This document shows, one piece after another, positions 49,224 to 61,063 of a stretch of DNA of 64,000 nucleotides. How positions within the stretch are numbered: position 1 is the first letter of the stretch; each line of letters opens with the position of its first letter. The DNA comes from Candidatus Versatilivorator sp. (GTDB lineage: Bacteria; Acidobacteriota; Terriglobia; Versatilivoradales; Versatilivoraceae): NCBI GenBank assembly GCA_965207735.1, contig OZ242296.1:3424001-3488000 (forward strand), written 5' to 3'. Position numbers and translations under genes: made by a program. Under the pieces are notes generated by a model that was not told the DNA's origin, did no database searches, and saw nothing but the letters and a program-made list of their open reading frames with translations.

Positions 49224-51431
49224 ATGTCGTTTCGACTGAACAGCAATAGCCGCCGTCAACTCCTGCTGGCTCTGCTGCTGATTGGCCTGGCAGCCTTCTG
49301 CCATCGGCAGGAAGCGCCGCCGGATGCCAATCCGGCCAGGGCCCCCGCCGCCCTCCAGGACCTCTACGGCATCTTCAGCCATGAGATCAGACCCGAGGCG
49401 GTCGGCAACGTCTACCAGGCGGTGGGCAATCGCTTCCAGTTGGAGGGAAAGCTCTACGCCGCGGTCCTGAAGGCCCTCAATGCCTACGACATCCTGCAGG
49501 AGACCACCCGCCTGCCCGAAGCCGACCGGGAACGGCTGCTGCCCAGAAGCCGGCAGGAAGCCAGCGAGGCGTTTGCCGCTCTGAAAGAATCCCTGGACTG
49601 GCCCCGCATTCGGATCGAGGTGGGTGCTGAGGAATTTGCGCTCCAGAGTCTTCCCCAGCTCGACCTTTACCGGGAAATCCCGCAGCCGATTCTGCTCACG
49701 CTTCACAACTCCACTTCCGAGACCAGAATGCTTTCTCTCGGGAGTTCCGGTCTGAGGCTGGAGGTGGACACCCTGGAGGTGGCTCCCTCGGCCACCCGGC
49801 ATCTGCTGGCCCAAATCGATTCCCCCGAGACCGGGGAGGGTGCGGCCTGCCTTTCAGTGACGTCCGAGGGAAGGAGCGTGACCTGGCGCCTCCCCTTCCG
49901 GGTCGCGGAATCCGGTCTGCTGGAGGGGCGGCTGGTGGAGTCTGAGGGCGGCGTCCCCACCATCGGCCGGATTCGAGTGACTGACGAGGAAGGGCGTTAC
50001 CGAGCACCACTCGAGGCCGGCTACGGTTTGGTTCTGCGTCCGCGGAGGGATCCCGCCCGCTGGAGCTATGCTTCAGGAAACTTCCGCCTGCGAGCCCCGG
50101 CCGGCAAGATCCGGATTTCCATCCGGCGCGGCCTGGAATATCTACCCATCGACGAGGATCTCGATCTGGAGGCCGGTCAGACCCTGCGTCGCACTTTTTC
50201 GCTCAACCGGTGGGCAAACATGGAGCGGGAGGGCTGGCATTCCGGAGACACCCACATCCACATGCTGGATCCGCCCAGCGCCCTCTTCGAGATGCAGGCG
50301 GAGGACCTGCGGGTCGGCAATGTCCTCGTGCTGGAACATATGGGAAAGACCTACTCCAGGGAGCACTTCCGGGGCGAGCTGGACCCGATTTCCGATCCCC
50401 GGCACCTGGTCTACTACAACCAGGAGTACCGCAACCAGACCCTGGGCCACGTCAGCCTACTCAACCTCAAGAAGCTGGTGGAGCCCATCTCCACCGGCGG
50501 ACTGGCCGTTCCCGAGACCACCGTTTACCGCTATTCCTACCTGAGACCCTCCCGCAAGGGGTTCCCCCGCCACGGCCAGGCCGGCTGGCCCGACGCCCTG
50601 GTGCTGGACGCCATGCGGGAAACCCACCGGCAGGGAGGGTTGGTGAACTGGGCCCACCTGCGTCCTGCCCAACTCGAGTTCCCCATCGACATGGTCTTCG
50701 GCGGGATCGACACCGCCGACATCCTGACCCACACCCGGTTGCCGCAAACCCTGAAGCTCTGGTACGACCTGTTGAATTGCGGCTTCCGCTTGCCCGCCAC
50801 TGCAGGAACCGACCGCATCGCGCCCGAGGAGCCGGTGGGGCATCAGAGGGTCTACGTCAAGCTGCACGGCCCGCTCACCTACCCCGCATGGATGGAAGGA
50901 CTGCGCCTGGGCCGCTCCTTCGTGACCAACGGACCCATGGTGAGCCTTGCGGTGGACGGCCGGGGGCCCGGAGAGACATTGACGCTCAGCAACCCCAAGG
51001 TCCTTCGCATCCAGGCCCGGGGGCGCTCCCTGCGGCCCTTTGAGCGGCTGGAGATCGTGGTCAACGGGAAGGTGGCGGCCAGCGTTCCGGCTCAAGAACA
51101 GGGCCGCCGCGCGGAACTCAGTCTCGATTATCCGGCCGACCGGAGCCTGTGGATTGCGGCGCGCTGCATGGGGGGATCCCCCGAAGAAGCCTCCATCTGG
51201 ACCCATCCCCTGTTCGCCCACGCCAACCCGGTATATATCGACTATCCGGGAAGGGACCTGGCTGAGGCCGAGAGCGCATGCTATCTGCTCGACTTCCTGA
51301 AGCCGCTGGAGAAGTGGGCTCGCGAGGAAGCCTACTTCGAGAACCCGGCACAGAAGGACCGGGCTCTGGCCACCATCCGCCAGGGCATGGATTTCTACCG
51401 CCGCCTGTGTAACGGCGAAGGCAAGAACTGA
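49224..51431 (+). CDS. CehA/McbA family (PHP-like) metallohydrolase
   Basis: GWHSGDTHIH, NQEYR..LGH, WAH, WYDLLNCG...AGTD, GRSFVTNGP. Confidence 0.85.
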   Translation: MSFRLNSNSRRQLLLALLLIGLAAFCHRQEAPPDANPARAPAALQDLYGIFSHEIRPEAVGNVYQAVGNRFQLEGKLYAAVLKALNAYDILQETTRLPEADRERLLPRSRQEASEAFAALKESLDWPRIRIEVGAEEFALQSLPQLDLYREIPQPILLTLHNSTSETRMLSLGSSGLRLEVDTLEVAPSATRHLLAQIDSPETGEGAACLSVTSEGRSVTWRLPFRVAESGLLEGRLVESEGGVPTIGRIRVTDEEGRYRAPLEAGYGLVLRPRRDPARWSYASGNFRLRAPAGKIRISIRRGLEYLPIDEDLDLEAGQTLRRTFSLNRWANMEREGWHSGDTHIHMLDPPSALFEMQAEDLRVGNVLVLEHMGKTYSREHFRGELDPISDPRHLVYYNQEYRNQTLGHVSLLNLKKLVEPISTGGLAVPETTVYRYSYLRPSRKGFPRHGQAGWPDALVLDAMRETHRQGGLVNWAHLRPAQLEFPIDMVFGGIDTADILTHTRLPQTLKLWYDLLNCGFRLPATAGTDRIAPEEPVGHQRVYVKLHGPLTYPAWMEGLRLGRSFVTNGPMVSLAVDGRGPGETLTLSNPKVLRIQARGRSLRPFERLEIVVNGKVAASVPAQEQGRRAELSLDYPADRSLWIAARCMGGSPEEASIWTHPLFAHANPVYIDYPGRDLAEAESACYLLDFLKPLEKWAREEAYFENPAQKDRALATIRQGMDFYRRLCNGEGKN

Positions 51432-51487
51432 CCGGACGGCCGCCTTCGACTCTTGTGGCCCGCTGCCTCAACTATCCGAGGAATCCC

Positions 51488-53674
51488 ATGACCCCCTCAG
51501 CCAAACTCAGCCTGATCCTGCTGATCTGCCTGACCGTTGGTTCCTGCGCCCGGTCCACTGACGGCCCGACCCCAACGGGAAACGATGGGGCGGGAAACTG
51601 GAAACGGGACCAGCGCAGCTTCGTCTACCTCTCGGAGAGACGCGCCCGCTATGCCGGGATCACCCGCACCGCCGAGGGCCGGCTGCTGACCCTGTTCACC
51701 CACCAGACGGCGCAACAGGAGCGGGACGGCTCGGGAGATCTCCAACTGGTGCGCAGGACCCGCGACGGGGATTGGTGGTTTTATCCGGAGACGATATTCG
51801 AAGGCCGCCAGGGAGAACCCCGGGCCATGGGCACCCTGACCACCCTGGAATCCGGCCGCATCATCGCCCCCTTCGCCGAGCTGAACGACGGCGCCGCCGG
51901 CAGCCGGCTGCGGATGCTGGCTTCCGAGGACCACGGCGAAACCTGGACAGCCAGTGCGCCCCTGGGGACCCACCCCCTGACTTGGGCCATGCCCTATGGA
52001 AGACCCTTCGAGGCGGGCGACCGGGTGCTGATGCCTGTCCACGGGGCCGTCAGCCAGGAAGACCTGGCGGCCACCCGACTGCAGACGGGCCTGCTGCAAT
52101 CCACCGATGGCGGCAAGAGCTGGGGGGATTGGATGCCGATTGCGGTTCCCGGCCCGGAGGCGGACCTCAGCTACGAATTTCCGGCGGTGCTGCCCCTGAA
52201 GGACGGGACCTGGCTGGCGGTCCTCACCCAGAGGCAGTTGAAGAAGCGTCCCGGGCTGCCCCTGGACATTCCGCAGACGCTGGTGCGGTCCTACAGCACC
52301 GACCAGGGCCGGAGCTGGACCCGACCCGAGCCCCTGTGCGTCGGCTCCTGGGCCAGCCTGACCCCCATGGGCGACGGCACGGTGGCCTGCTCCTTCGCCC
52401 TCTGGTCGGCCTGGGGCAGCATGGAAGTCATGTTCAGCGACGACGGCTTTCGAACCATCGGCCACCGGACCCCCTTCGTGGAACACAACTGGCTGCCGGG
52501 CTTTGGACCCAGCGGTTGGGGCGGAGGCTGGGCCCGGGATCCCATTCCCCTGCCGCCGGTGGTCCCCAACCTGCAAGGGGACTGGAAGGCCGGCCACTAT
52601 GGGTTTTCCTCCGGCTTGGCTCTGGACGAGGACCGCTTGATGCTGGTGCTGGGACAGCGGCAAAAGGGAAGCGGCTACACCGACCCTCCCCACGAAGTGA
52701 ACCTTCCCATCGAGAAGGAGCGGATCGAGACCATTGTCATGAAGCGGGTGCAGAAGCCCGCGGCCCCGGCCGCCGAAACTCCCCGTGCCCATGGTGAGCC
52801 GGACGGGCAATGGTATCTGGCCGAGAGATGGCCCGAGGAGGAGTGGCGCCGGAAAGTCGGGCAGCCGCCCAACGACGTGACCCTGGTGCTCAAGTCGGGG
52901 CGCTGGATACGCCTCACCGCCCAATACACCGTTCCCCACCAGCACGGACCCGGCAGAATCCTGGGGCGGGAGCGGGGCTACTGGGTCTGGAAGTCGATCG
53001 ACGGCCTCCACTACCGGACGCACCTGCAAGGCTCCTATTCCGATGATCAGGGGAAGACCTGGAAACAGGCCAAGGTGGAGGACCCGGTGCCGCTGGCCGC
53101 GGCCGTGCACCTGGGGGGTGTGGCCTTTGAAGAGCCGGATGGAACCCTGGTGGCTCCCGTCTACGGCTACCTGAACCAGGACGACATGTCGGTCTCCCTC
53201 TACGTCTCCGCCCTGGTGAGGTCCCACGACGGAGGCGCATCCTGGAGCGACTGGAGCATCATCGCCTTCGACCGGAAGGACCGCTACACCGCCTACAGCG
53301 AGACCCAGGTCATGGCCCTCTCAGATGAGACCTGGGTGGCCTTTCTCCGCAGCGAAAACCGCAGCTACGTCCCGGTAATGAGGGCCGTCATCTCCCGAAC
53401 CCTCAGCACCGACCGGGGAAGGACCTGGAGCCCGCCCCAACCCACTGCCGCGGCCGGTGTGACGGCCGGACTGCGGCTGCCGGACGGAGGCATTGCCCTG
53501 TCGGCTCAGAACACCTGCGGCTGGGGGCTGGCGGTCACCTACAACTACGGCCACACCTGGAACTACGTGCTGCCTGCCACCTACTTCTCGGCCCGGGCCG
53601 GCGTGATCGACGACAAGTCCTTCTGGCTCCACGACGCCCACGGGGGGATCGTGTCCATCTACCGCAGGCCCTGA
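51488..53674 (+). CDS. BNR/Asp-box sialidase-family lipoprotein (two propellers)
   Basis: Lipobox VGSC; multiple SxDxGxxW boxes. Confidence 0.8.
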   Translation: MTPSAKLSLILLICLTVGSCARSTDGPTPTGNDGAGNWKRDQRSFVYLSERRARYAGITRTAEGRLLTLFTHQTAQQERDGSGDLQLVRRTRDGDWWFYPETIFEGRQGEPRAMGTLTTLESGRIIAPFAELNDGAAGSRLRMLASEDHGETWTASAPLGTHPLTWAMPYGRPFEAGDRVLMPVHGAVSQEDLAATRLQTGLLQSTDGGKSWGDWMPIAVPGPEADLSYEFPAVLPLKDGTWLAVLTQRQLKKRPGLPLDIPQTLVRSYSTDQGRSWTRPEPLCVGSWASLTPMGDGTVACSFALWSAWGSMEVMFSDDGFRTIGHRTPFVEHNWLPGFGPSGWGGGWARDPIPLPPVVPNLQGDWKAGHYGFSSGLALDEDRLMLVLGQRQKGSGYTDPPHEVNLPIEKERIETIVMKRVQKPAAPAAETPRAHGEPDGQWYLAERWPEEEWRRKVGQPPNDVTLVLKSGRWIRLTAQYTVPHQHGPGRILGRERGYWVWKSIDGLHYRTHLQGSYSDDQGKTWKQAKVEDPVPLAAAVHLGGVAFEEPDGTLVAPVYGYLNQDDMSVSLYVSALVRSHDGGASWSDWSIIAFDRKDRYTAYSETQVMALSDETWVAFLRSENRSYVPVMRAVISRTLSTDRGRTWSPPQPTAAAGVTAGLRLPDGGIALSAQNTCGWGLAVTYNYGHTWNYVLPATYFSARAGVIDDKSFWLHDAHGGIVSIYRRP

Positions 53675-53719
53675 GCCGGCGCTTCTCACCCGCTGCGCCG
53701 CTCGCCCCAAACCCTGGCA

Positions 53720-54498
53720 CTGCATGGAGACAGATTATTGTAATGATAGTCGCCAGGCGGCAGCCTGGAGCTCCAGTAAGCCGCCAAGGCGGCGGCAGCA
53801 GGTAGCCGTGGGCGTAAGCCCATGGAAAACTAAGCGCTTACGTTGAGCCGCGTAGGCGGCGGCAGCAATCCCCCGGCCAGGAATGCTGACTAGGTCCGCA
53901 GGCCGACCTCAGGCAGCCGGCGAGTACCTGACCGTGAGCCAGACCCCGCGCAGCCTCAGCCCGTCCCGGCGCCTGCCGCCCTTTTCAACCCGGACCTCCA
54001 GCCGATTCATCCCCTGGCGGACCCTTGCCGCTTGAACCGGACAGCGCTGGGGACGTTGTTGAATTGCTGGAATAAGTTGTAAAGAGTGCGTAGGAAACGC
54101 CATTGAATCAAAGCAATGCAGGGGCGGCTCATCGAAGTTATTCCAGTAATTCAACAACGTCCCCAATTCACGCTGCGTGGAGACAGATTATTGTAATGAT
54201 AGTCGCCAGGCGGCAGCCTGGAGCTCCAGTAAGCCGCCAAGGCGGCGGCAGCAGGTAGCCGTGGGCGTAAGCCCATGGAAAACCAAGCGCTAGCATTGAG
54301 CCGCGTAGGCGGCGGCAGCAATCCCCCGGCCAGGAATGCTGACTAGGTCCGCAGGCCGACCTCAGGCAACCGGAGGGTACTTGACCGTGAGCCAGACCCC
54401 GCGCAGCCTCAGCCCGTCCCGGCGCCTGCCGCTCTTTTCCACCCGGACCTCCAGCCGATTGATTCCCTGACGGACCGTTTCCGCTTGAACCGGGCAGC
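53720..54498. repeat. ~326-bp imperfect direct repeat (53720-54045 / 54173-54498)
   Basis: Each copy has REP-like AGCCGTGGGCGTAAGCCCATGG and the last ~45 codons of the GHL10-like gene. Confidence 0.9.
54049..54164. mobile_element. MITE with 27-bp terminal inverted repeats
   Basis: GGGGACGTTGTTGAATTGCTGGAATAA / TTATTCCAGTAATTCAACAACGTCCCC (26/27); AT-rich and too short to encode a transposase. Confidence 0.8.
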
Positions 54499-56011
54499 CA
54501 AGGCGCTCCAGGTCTTCCGGAGCATCCTCCCCGGCGGGCTCGCCGGCTTCAAATGCCAGCTCCTCTCCATTGAGGCGGCCAGCGACCCGTTCCCCAAGGC
54601 TAAGGCCTTCCACCTCCAGCTCCAGGCGGACCCCGGCCGGCCGGCCCGAGCGCCCGGCGGCCTCCAGGTCATCGCCCACCGGCAGCTCAACCGCGGCGGC
54701 CGGCCCCGGATTGCCCCGGCTCAGCTCCAGGGGAAGCTGGCCCGGGTGGCTGGCGATGGCGTAGGGTCCGATGTCCTGGATGTAGTCCACCCCGAAGCGC
54801 TTGTCCCGAAACTGCAGGCTTGAGGCCGACTGAATATCCTCCAGAAGCCCGTAGGCATCGGGTACCGGCCGGCCGTAGGCCAGCATGGGCACCTGGCGGT
54901 AGTGGTAGTTCCAGAGATAGATCCCGTCGGCTCCGGCCGAGAAGATATTGGAGGCCGCACCCCGCATGGTCTCATCCGAACCAAACACCTTCAGGCCGCA
55001 GTTGATGCAAGGGTAGACGGGAACCTCGTGGCGGTGCCCCAGCGTCACCAGCTCCCGGGCCGGATTGGTGAAGACCGTGTATCCCCCGCCGATCAGCATC
55101 CGGTCCACCCAACCCTGCTTGAGCCAGGTCTCCACATCCAGACCGATGCCATTGCAGGCCGCCAGGGTCCCCGGAACCCTGACGCCCAGAAGCAGGGGCC
55201 TTTGACGGGATTCCGACACCTTCCTCACAATCCGGTGAGCCCCCTGGATCAGGTTGTTCATCAGAGCCGCTCCCGCTTCCTCCTCCCCGGGCTTGAAGTA
55301 CCAGGGCATGCGGAAGAAGTTCAGGTCCACCCCGTCCAGGTCGTAGTTCTCGGCGGTGTGACGGACCCACCACAGCCGGTCCTCCCGCACTTCCGGTATG
55401 GCGAAATTCAGGCCGGACCACCTGGCCGCCTCCAGGGTGGTGAAGGGGCTTCCCTTCTGGCTCTGCTCTCCCAGCAGCCACTCCGGATGGGCCACCTTCG
55501 GGGGATAGACCAGCTTCCCTTCAGGCATCCCGAAGGCATCGTGGGTGTCGTTCATGCGGATCGACCCGAAGACCTCCAGTCCGTGGCGGTGGATGCCCTC
55601 GGCCATGACGGGCGTCGGATCGTGGATGGCCTCATTGAGCGGCCGGTCCTGCTGCTGGGTCTGCCAGTAGCGGGTCTGTCCGGGACCCTGGGCGATGCCC
55701 CACATGATGCACCAGGCGATGCTGTCCACCGGCGTCCCCAGGATGGGCTCGAGGCGCAGCCCCAGAAAAGCCTCGGCTCCCTTGGCCGCCTCGGGGTCGT
55801 AGACCAGGTCCCCGTCGTCATCCAGGATCAGCCGCCGCCCGCGTTCCACCGCCCTGCGCCGCGCCTGCTCGAGCCCCTCCTGCCTCCCCGCGCAGCCCGG
55901 CAGTCCGGCCAGCCAGGAGCCTCCCGCCAGGGCCCCGGCCGTCCCCAGGAAACGCCGGCGAGTCAAAGCCGCCGGCTTCCGCCCTTTTACGATTCCGTCA
56001 TCGATCCTCAT
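54362..56011 (-). CDS. Tat-exported GHL10-like hydrolase lipoprotein
   Basis: TRRRFL Tat motif; ILDDDGD, IRMNDTHD, YDLDGVDLNFFR; GGAGGA RBS before ATG 56011. Confidence 0.75.
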   Translation of the reverse strand: MRIDDGIVKGRKPAALTRRRFLGTAGALAGGSWLAGLPGCAGRQEGLEQARRRAVERGRRLILDDDGDLVYDPEAAKGAEAFLGLRLEPILGTPVDSIAWCIMWGIAQGPGQTRYWQTQQQDRPLNEAIHDPTPVMAEGIHRHGLEVFGSIRMNDTHDAFGMPEGKLVYPPKVAHPEWLLGEQSQKGSPFTTLEAARWSGLNFAIPEVREDRLWWVRHTAENYDLDGVDLNFFRMPWYFKPGEEEAGAALMNNLIQGAHRIVRKVSESRQRPLLLGVRVPGTLAACNGIGLDVETWLKQGWVDRMLIGGGYTVFTNPARELVTLGHRHEVPVYPCINCGLKVFGSDETMRGAASNIFSAGADGIYLWNYHYRQVPMLAYGRPVPDAYGLLEDIQSASSLQFRDKRFGVDYIQDIGPYAIASHPGQLPLELSRGNPGPAAAVELPVGDDLEAAGRSGRPAGVRLELEVEGLSLGERVAGRLNGEELAFEAGEPAGEDAPEDLERLGCPVQAETVRQGINRLEVRVEKSGRRRDGLRLRGVWLTVKYPPVA

Positions 56012-56020
56012 GGGTCCTCC

Positions 56021-56041
56021 GGTATCCAGCATGTATCGCAT
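56021..56041 (-). pseudogene. vapC: 7-codon vapC stub (MRYMLDT)
   Basis: TGATG-coupled to vapB; canonical VapC N-terminus, then an abrupt loss of PIN sequence. Confidence 0.7.
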
Positions 56042-56274
56042 CAAAACGCGACTCGGCAGCCATCCGTCAACTCGGGACGGTCGGCCATGAAATCCTCCCC
56101 CACGGGAGGCGCTTCCTCGGCATAGGATGTCCACGTCTTGCGAAGCGGCGCAATGACCAATGCCTCACCTTCCTTGCGGATTATCACCTCATCCACACCC
56201 TCGAACCGAAACGCTTTCGGAATTCGAACGGCCTGACTGCGACCGTTGAAAAACAGCTTGGCGGTAGCTTGCAT
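56041..56274 (-). CDS. vapB: VapB/VagC (AbrB-type) antitoxin
   Basis: TAKLFFNGRSQAVRIPKAFRFEG. Confidence 0.92.
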   Translation of the reverse strand: MQATAKLFFNGRSQAVRIPKAFRFEGVDEVIIRKEGEALVIAPLRKTWTSYAEEAPPVGEDFMADRPELTDGCRVAF

Positions 56275-56540
56275 AACCACTCCTCGACTCGGACTGACAC
56301 CGTAACTGCATCGCAGCCTATATCACAGGAATTTGCCAAAGAGCAAAAAGACGCAAGAAACCGCTCTGAGAAGGTTGGCAAGACTTCTTCGCGTCTTCAT
56401 GCGCACCACACGCCTGGAGACCGTATGGAGAACAGGGAGAACAATTGATCCGACTGCCCGGAGCGGATTATTTGCTTTATGACCCGGTTCATGGCATAAG
56501 TAAATAAGAAAATCGTCAAGTACGAAAAAGGTATTGTGAT

Positions 56541-56810
56541 ATGAAAAAAAACAAGGACACCTCATCCAGGAAAGGCGGATTGGATCTTGTGAGGGTCCGG
56601 CGGGCAGGGCAGATTACGCTGTCCCGCAAGGTGCGGGAAGCCATGAATCTGGGAGAGGGCGACTACTTGGAACCCCGGTTCACGGAAGGCGGTGTCTTGC
56701 TGCGGCCAGTGAGTGTACGCTCTCGGGAACCGTCGGCGGCTCAGGAAGCGGAGATTTTGGATGTAGTGAACCAGGAACGCCGGAAGTATGCCAAAGAGCG
56801 CCGTCATTGA
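56541..56810 (+). CDS. AbrB/MazE/SpoVT family antitoxin
   Basis: GQITLSRKVREAMNLGEGDYL. Confidence 0.88.
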   Translation: MKKNKDTSSRKGGLDLVRVRRAGQITLSRKVREAMNLGEGDYLEPRFTEGGVLLRPVSVRSREPSAAQEAEILDVVNQERRKYAKERRH

Positions 56811-57219
56811 TACCTCCGTTTTGGTGAGTGCCTTTCTGTTTCGGGAGAGTGTGCCTGGACGGGTCATTGAACTTGCTGAGCGGAACGTTTACACCCTTTA
56901 TCTTTCCCCGATTTTGATGGAAGAAGTGACGCGGTCACTTCACCATCCGCGCCTGCAAAAGGCCTATGGGTATGCGGACGCGGATGTGCGAGTCTGGTGT
57001 CACACTTTGAAGACAATTGGGACGGTGTGGAAAAAGGCATTGCCGGACATTGGGTCTGTGTGTCGTGATCCTGATGATGAACATGTGATCGCGTGCGCGC
57101 ATGTCGTGGGTGCGTCGTGGATAGTAACAGGCGATCATGACTTGCTTGACCTTGAGGGGTATAAGGGAGTGCGAATCGTGTCTGCCCGAACGTTCCTGGA
57201 AGAAATGGCGGTTCTGTAG
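56788..57219 (+). CDS. PIN-domain putative toxin
   Basis: AVIDTSVLVSA, CRDPDD, IVTGDHDLL; overlaps the antitoxin. Confidence 0.9.
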   Translation: MPKSAVIDTSVLVSAFLFRESVPGRVIELAERNVYTLYLSPILMEEVTRSLHHPRLQKAYGYADADVRVWCHTLKTIGTVWKKALPDIGSVCRDPDDEHVIACAHVVGASWIVTGDHDLLDLEGYKGVRIVSARTFLEEMAVL

Positions 57220-57544
57220 TCCTGAAACAAACGCCTGCGCCTGGTGGCTGGAAACCGGTTCATGGTCGAGCATGGGCAGATTGTTGATTCACATCGATGT
57301 TCAATTTATGGTCCTTCTCGATGGATCTGCCCAGTCGCGGGGGGCGGGCGCCCGGCCCGCAGGCAAACGGGAGTCTCCCAAAGGGGACAAGCCGGCTTTC
57401 AGAGAAATCGCCCGCCGGATACCCCCCACCGCACCATCGGGACGACACCAACGGGACAAAAGTGCAGAAGCATTTTGGCGCCAGTTGTCGTTGAAGGAGG
57501 TCCATCAGCCCTCGCGCCTATTCGTGTTCATTGGTGGTTCGTCT

Positions 57545-60705
<3,161 letters not shown>

Positions 60706-60709
<4 letters not shown>

Positions 60710-60981
60710 TTGCCTGTTTTTTCAATGAAGGGAATCGGGCGATGGGATCTTCGCTCCGGCACCTCCAGATTGGTGCCGCGCGGCACGTTCTCTACGAGCC
60801 ACTGGCCGAGAGGCTTGCGGGGCCGCGTTTTTTCCTCCCACACCCTCGCGGGCACCGCCACGAAGGGCTTCCGGGTACCGATGCGCTGCGGCCCCTCTTT
60901 CTCGGCCAAGCGCAGGACCTCGGACAGACGGGCCTTGGCCTCGGCGACGGTCCAGACGCGGTTGGGGGCGGTCTTGTTTAC
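60706..60981 (-). CDS. Phd/YefM-type antitoxin (orphan; non-canonical GTA at the expected start)
   Basis: [25 protein letters not shown]; AGGAG SD 7 nt before GTA at 60981; stop overlaps the hsdR GTG. Confidence 0.75.
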
Positions 60982-61063
60982 GGTTACGCTCCTGAGCGGA
61001 GAATATGGTCCAGTATTAAAGAGTGAGGAGAGCGATCTTGGACACGGGATCCGGTGATATTAG

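Noticed and set aside
53909-54498. Possible DGR template/variable repeat pair served by the RT
   Set aside because: Mismatches between the copies are not adenine-specific on either strand; the RT has retron motifs, lies 15 kb away, and there is no Avd gene
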